Shown here in pieces: positions 60,079 to 64,000 of a stretch of DNA of 64,000 nucleotides (position 1 is the stretch's first letter; each line of letters opens with the position of its first letter). The translations under genes were made by a program, and so were the position numbers. Source of the stretch: an uncultured Chloroflexia bacterium (GTDB lineage: Bacteria > Chloroflexota > Limnocylindria > Limnocylindrales > CSP1-4); NCBI GenBank assembly GCA_963802165.1, contig CAWDHT010000017.1, forward strand, positions 245,077-309,076, read 5' to 3'. The notes under the pieces were generated by a model, which saw nothing but the letters and a program-made list of their open reading frames with translations, had not been told where the DNA came from and did no database searches.

Positions 60079-61038
60079 TTACCGGTTGCGCTCCGCTACG
60101 AGCACGCTCAGCAGGACGATCGCAGCACCCACCATCTGCGCCGGCGTGAACGCCTCGCCGAGCACGATCCAGGCGACCACCGTCGCGAAGATCGGCTCGG
60201 TCATGCCCACGACCGAGGCCTGTGACGCCCGCAGGTGCTGCATCGAGAGCACGACCAGCGAGAACGGGAACACGGTCCCGAGCACGACCAGCCAGCCCGC
60301 GAGACCCGCGGTCGGGACCATCGGGCCCCCGTCGCCGAACAGTTGGAGCGAGCCGGCGAGCCCGTCGAACGGGAAGGACCACCATGGCGCCACGATCGCC
60401 CAGAACAGGGCGGCCGCGCCCATCCCCCACATGGTGAGCGAGACGGGATCGCGTGCCTCGGGCCGCTGGACCTGCATGTCGGCAGTGATGTAGTAGACCG
60501 CCAGCGCCACGGCCGCGCCCACCGCGAAGGCCACGCCCAGCGGGTCCAGCGTCAGTCCCTCCCACACCTGGGCGACGATGGCGAGCCCCACGAGTGCCGC
60601 GACCAGGGCGCCCCAGACAGCCGGCTTCGTCGCGTGGCCGAGGCCGAACCGGAACCAGATCGCGATCATCAGCGGCGCGGTGAACTCGATCAGGAGCGCG
60701 ACCCCGATCGGCAGCCGCTCGATCGCCGCGAAGTACAGGAACTGCGTCAGCGCGATGCCCAGCACGCCGTAGGCCACCAGCAGCGGGATCTCGGCCCGTC
60801 GCAGGCGCAGGGCAGACCGCCGCGTGAGGGCCACGAACCCCAGCAGGATCAGGAAGGCGAGCGTCGCCCGCAGCTGGGACAGGCGGCTGGCCTCCATGCC
60901 GCCCAGCAGCAGGGTCTTGGCGACCACCCCGTTGAGCGCGAACAGCAGCGCCGCGACCAGGTACAGCAGGTACCCGGTGGCCGGGTGGCGTTGGGTGGCC
61001 GGCGGGACCCCCGTCAGCGGCTCGGCGAGATCCGTCAA
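60079..61038 (-). CDS. EamA/DMT-superfamily transporter
   Basis: Ten-TM profile with duplicated EamA halves (...LFALNGVVAKTLL... and ...FPFSLVVLSMQHL...). Confidence 0.75.
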   Translation of the reverse strand: MTDLAEPLTGVPPATQRHPATGYLLYLVAALLFALNGVVAKTLLLGGMEASRLSQLRATLAFLILLGFVALTRRSALRLRRAEIPLLVAYGVLGIALTQFLYFAAIERLPIGVALLIEFTAPLMIAIWFRFGLGHATKPAVWGALVAALVGLAIVAQVWEGLTLDPLGVAFAVGAAVALAVYYITADMQVQRPEARDPVSLTMWGMGAAALFWAIVAPWWSFPFDGLAGSLQLFGDGGPMVPTAGLAGWLVVLGTVFPFSLVVLSMQHLRASQASVVGMTEPIFATVVAWIVLGEAFTPAQMVGAAIVLLSVLVAERNR

Positions 61039-61054
61039 GTTCGCGAGCGGCCGG

Positions 61055-61843
61055 TCACGGCTCGAGGCCGTTCGCCTTCTCGTAGGCCGTGATGAGCGCG
61101 ACGGCCTCGGCGGGATCGTCGGTCACGGTCAGCAGGTCGAGGTCCGCCTGGGCGATCACGCCCATCGGCAACTGCACGTCCCGCATCCAGGCGAGGAGCC
61201 CGTCCCAGTAGGCGTGGCCCATGAGCACGACCGGGAAGTTGCGGATCTTGCCGGTCTGGATAAGCGTGACCGCCTCGAACAGCTCGTCCAGCGTCCCGAA
61301 GCCGCCCGGCATGATGACGAAGGCGTCCGCGTATTTCACGAACATCGTCTTGCGGGCGAAGAAGTAGTGAAACTCCACGGAGAGATCCACGTACGGGTTG
61401 AGGTGCTGCTCCCGCGGCAGCTCGATGTTGCAGCCGATGGACAACCCGCCCTGCTCGTGCGCGCCGCGGTTGGCGGCCTCCATGGCACCCGGCCCGCCCC
61501 CGGTGATCACGGCGAAGCCGGCCTTCGCCAGCTCCCCGCCCACCCGGCGGGCCAGCTCGTAGCCCTCGCTGCCCTCCAGCGTCCGCGCGGAGCCGAACAC
61601 CGCCACCGCGCGACCGACGCCGGCGAGCGCCTCGAAGCCCTCCACGAACTCGGACAGGATCCGCAGCGCCCGCCACGTGTCCGTCTCGAGGAACTCGGGG
61701 CGACCCCTGTCCGGGGCCAGGAGCTTCTCGTCCTCGGTGCGGCTCTCGCCGCTGAGGCGGGCCTGCGTCCCGGGCCGCATCGACACGCGGCCATGGCGCA
61801 TGGTGCGCGGCGAGGGACGGTGGTTGGGGTCGTGGTCGGTCAT
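61055..61843 (-). CDS. LOG-family cytokinin riboside 5'-monophosphate phosphoribohydrolase-like protein
   Basis: ...VAVFGSAR...VITGGGPGAMEAANRGA...MPGGFGTLDELFE... are the LOG signatures. Confidence 0.8.
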   Translation of the reverse strand: MTDHDPNHRPSPRTMRHGRVSMRPGTQARLSGESRTEDEKLLAPDRGRPEFLETDTWRALRILSEFVEGFEALAGVGRAVAVFGSARTLEGSEGYELARRVGGELAKAGFAVITGGGPGAMEAANRGAHEQGGLSIGCNIELPREQHLNPYVDLSVEFHYFFARKTMFVKYADAFVIMPGGFGTLDELFEAVTLIQTGKIRNFPVVLMGHAYWDGLLAWMRDVQLPMGVIAQADLDLLTVTDDPAEAVALITAYEKANGLEP

Positions 61844-61942
61844 GAGAGGAGGATGCCACTCCGCGCAACGTCGCGTGCCGGTCGGACGTCCTAGTCGCCG
61901 GCGCGGCGCCAGCCCGCGCGGGGGCGACGGCGCCGCCCTCCC

Positions 61943-62299
61943 CTACCGGTGCTTGGCCAGCCAGCCCTTCCAGGTCGCCTCGGCCTTGCCGGCCGTGACC
62001 TCCTCGCCGTAGCGGACCAACGGCAGACGGATCAGCCGCACGTCGGCCAGGAGCCGGCTCGTGATCCCGGACGTGTCCGTGGACAGGTGGGCCAGGCCCT
62101 GCTCCTTGTACGGTCGACTCTCCGTGTCGAGCAGCGCCGGCGCCCCCAGCCTATCCGTGAACCGCCGCAGCTCGCCGGCGGCGATCGGCTTCTTGCGCAG
62201 GTCCACGAAGTGGACGACGATCCGCCGCTCACGGAAGAACCGGAGCGCGGCGCGGGTCGCATTGTTGTCGTCCAGGCCGAAGACCTGGATGTTGGGCAT
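61943..62299 (-). CDS. ArsC/Spx/YffB-family protein (lacks the CxxC cysteines)
   Basis: MPNIQVFGLDDNNATRAALRFFRERRIVVHFVDLRKKPIAAGEL... fits the ArsC-family fold, with N-A-T-R in place of the C-x-T-C motif. Confidence 0.55.
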   Translation of the reverse strand: MPNIQVFGLDDNNATRAALRFFRERRIVVHFVDLRKKPIAAGELRRFTDRLGAPALLDTESRPYKEQGLAHLSTDTSGITSRLLADVRLIRLPLVRYGEEVTAGKAEATWKGWLAKHR

Positions 62300-62338
62300 C
62301 TTCTTCGTGGGCACCTTGCCCAGCGGGGCGGGCATCCG

Positions 62339-62807
62339 TCAGGCCTCCAAGGGCTCCAGGGCGATCACAGGGATCAGGCGGTGGGTCCAGGTGGCGTACA
62401 GCTCGTACCCCGGGTAGCCGCGCGCGGCGAGCGACCAGAGGCGGTCGCGCTCCAGGCCCGTCGGTCTCGCGGGCACGCACGGCACGCTCCTGGCGGCCCA
62501 CGAGCACGCGTGCGTCCGGGTGCGCGCGCAGGTTGGCAACCCAGGCGGGCTCGCGATCGTCACCCGCCCGGGACCCGATCACCACCAGCCGCGCGCCGTC
62601 CTCGAAGGCGTAGAGCGGGATCTCGCGCCGCTTGCCGGTCTTCCGGCCCCTTGTCACCACGATGACGTTGAGCACGCCGAGATTGCGTCCCACGAGCCAT
62701 CGGCCGCCGGTGAGGCGGTACAGCGGCGGATGGATCCGGGAGACGAGCCGGCTCGTGCCGATCTTCCCGATCAGCCGGTAGAAGCGCGCGGAGTGGCGGG
62801 TCGCCAT
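62339..62807 (-). pseudogene. F420H2-dependent nitroreductase/quinone reductase (Ddn-like, PF04075), frameshifted
   Basis: Hand translation gives MATRHSARFYRLIGKIGTSRLVSRIHPPLYRLTGGRWLVGRNLGVLNVIVVTRGRKTGKRREIPLYAFEDG...PAWVANLRAHPDARV...RARETDG, then the other frame gives LERDRLWSLAARGYPGYELYATWTHRLIPVIALEP*. The span is 469 nt, which is 3n+1. The shift is at about 62450-62470, where cGGGc would be GGc. Confidence 0.7.
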
Positions 62808-62861
62808 GGGAGCGCAGGGTAGCGTGCGGCCCGCGTACCATGGGCGGCCAGGAGGTTCCGC

Positions 62862-63134
62862 GTGACGATCTGGTTCACCGTTCAGCTCGATGACCGCCCC
62901 GGGGCGCTGGCGCAGGTCGCCAACGCGCTTGCCGAGCGCGGCGTCAACATCACCGGCATCGTCGGCGTCGCCGAGGACACGGATGGCGCACTGATGCTCA
63001 CGACCAGCGATGCGGCGCTGACCCGCGAGGCGTTCACGGCGCTCGGCATCGCTTTCGACGAGCACGACCCCACGGGCGGCTCGGAGCCCACCGCGCTGTC
63101 CATCGCCGACATCGTCGCCGGGCGCGCGTCCTAG
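62862..63134 (+). CDS. ACT-domain small protein
   Basis: MTIWFTVQLDDRPGALAQVANALAERGVNITGIVGV... GTG start. Confidence 0.6.
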   Translation: MTIWFTVQLDDRPGALAQVANALAERGVNITGIVGVAEDTDGALMLTTSDAALTREAFTALGIAFDEHDPTGGSEPTALSIADIVAGRAS

Positions 63135-63138
63135 CCCG

Positions 63139-63843
63139 ATGCCCCGCCGGACGATCCAGCCCCTCCCGCCGACGGTCGCCGTCCGCCTCGAGGTCGTCGA
63201 CTCACCCGACGCCGTCTCCGCGATCGCGGGCGCCGTCGGCGACGTCGGTGGGCGGGTGCGGACGCTGTCCACCGTGCGCCGGGCAGGCCGAGCCGGCACC
63301 CAGCCGGACGCCCCGGCGACGGTCGAAGTGGAGCTCGAGGTCGAGGACGCCGACGAGCAGGCCCTGGTGGGGGCGCTGGAGCCCCTGCAGGAGGTCCTCG
63401 CGATCCGGATGACCCGCCCCTTGGGCAAGGTGTTCGGCAAGCGGGTCATCGTCGTGGGCGGCGGCGCGCAGGTGGCCCAGGTCGCGCTGGGTGCGGTGTC
63501 GGAGGCCGACCGCCACAACCTCCGCGGCGAGCGCATCTCCGTCGACACCATCCCACTCGTGGGCGAAGACAACATCGCCTTCGCGGTGCGCGCCGTGGCG
63601 GACCTGCCGCGCGCCCGGATGCTCGTCCTGGCGGGCTCGATCATGGGTGGCGAGATCAGCAAGGCCGCGGACGAGCTCCGCGCGGTGGGCATCCCGATCA
63701 TCGCGCTCAACATGGCAGGGTCGGTCACGGACCACGTGGACCTCGTGGTCAGCGACCCGGTCCAGGCCGGCACGATGGCGGTGATGGCGATCGCCGACAC
63801 CGCGACCTTCGACCTCGCGAAGCAGCGCGGCCGGCGGTACTGA
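63139..63843 (+). CDS. Hypothetical protein with ACT-like N-terminus and Rossmann-like C-terminus
   Basis: ...VAVRLEVVDSPDAVSAIAGAVGDVGG... followed by ...KRVIVVGGGAQVAQVALGA... Forms a pair with the preceding ACT gene. Confidence 0.45.
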   Translation: MPRRTIQPLPPTVAVRLEVVDSPDAVSAIAGAVGDVGGRVRTLSTVRRAGRAGTQPDAPATVEVELEVEDADEQALVGALEPLQEVLAIRMTRPLGKVFGKRVIVVGGGAQVAQVALGAVSEADRHNLRGERISVDTIPLVGEDNIAFAVRAVADLPRARMLVLAGSIMGGEISKAADELRAVGIPIIALNMAGSVTDHVDLVVSDPVQAGTMAVMAIADTATFDLAKQRGRRY

Positions 63844-63847
63844 TCGC

Positions 63848-64000
63848 ATGCGCATCGCGACCTGGAACGTCAACTCGCTCAAGGCCCGCCAGGAGGCGGT
63901 GGAGCGAGTGGCTCGCCCGCGCGGAACCCGACGTCCTGCTGATCCAGGAGACCAAGCTCTCCGATGCGGACGCCCCGGTGATGCCGCTGCGCATGCTGGG
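63848..64000 (+). pseudogene. xthA: Exodeoxyribonuclease III (5' fragment, runs off window end), with an apparent +1 frameshift near 63896
   Basis: MRIATWNVNSLKARQEAVER, then after a 1-nt shift WLARAEPDVLLIQETKLSDADAPVMPLRMLG, a classic XthA N-terminus. Confidence 0.65.

Noticed and set aside
1-64000. CRISPR arrays, IS elements, integrases and prophage blocks
   Set aside because: I see no arrays of regularly spaced repeats, no transposase, integrase or recombinase-like ORFs, and no terminal inverted repeats. The holin-like gene at 46692 is a stand-alone actinobacterial family member and not part of a phage lysis cassette.

Overview
This is a high-GC (about 70%) chromosomal segment of actinobacterial type, carrying roughly 65 genes on both strands and one tRNA-Gly(UCC). 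I found no rRNA, CRISPR array, transposase or integrase. Gene content is core and accessory metabolism. The main blocks are: (i) a glutaconate-type CoA-transferase A/B, a GabT-like aminotransferase, a P5C/aldehyde dehydrogenase, then a MoaD-like sulfur carrier next to a tungsten-type aldehyde:ferredoxin oxidoreductase (AOR); (ii) a predicted nickel regulon, with a Fur-family (Nur-like) regulator divergent from a NikMNQO/CbiMNQO ECF transporter across a TTGCAA-N4-TTGCAA box, plus a sodN-sodX Ni-superoxide dismutase pair 35 kb away; (iii) an alpha-glucan island with glgA, glgP, two GH57 genes, a GntR regulator and a large GH13 enzyme; (iv) F420-dependent enzymes, namely three LLM oxidoreductases and one Ddn-like reductase; (v) scattered housekeeping genes including fabI, lysA, a YitJ-like MetF fusion, LOG and xthA. 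The dominant anomaly is that at least ten otherwise well-conserved genes are split by single-nucleotide frameshifts, mostly in short G or C runs. That pattern points more to an indel-prone assembly than to real gene decay, although I cannot exclude the latter. All calls are by eye from the ORF track and the sequence, with no database searches. Coordinates of frameshift sites and some start codons are approximate.
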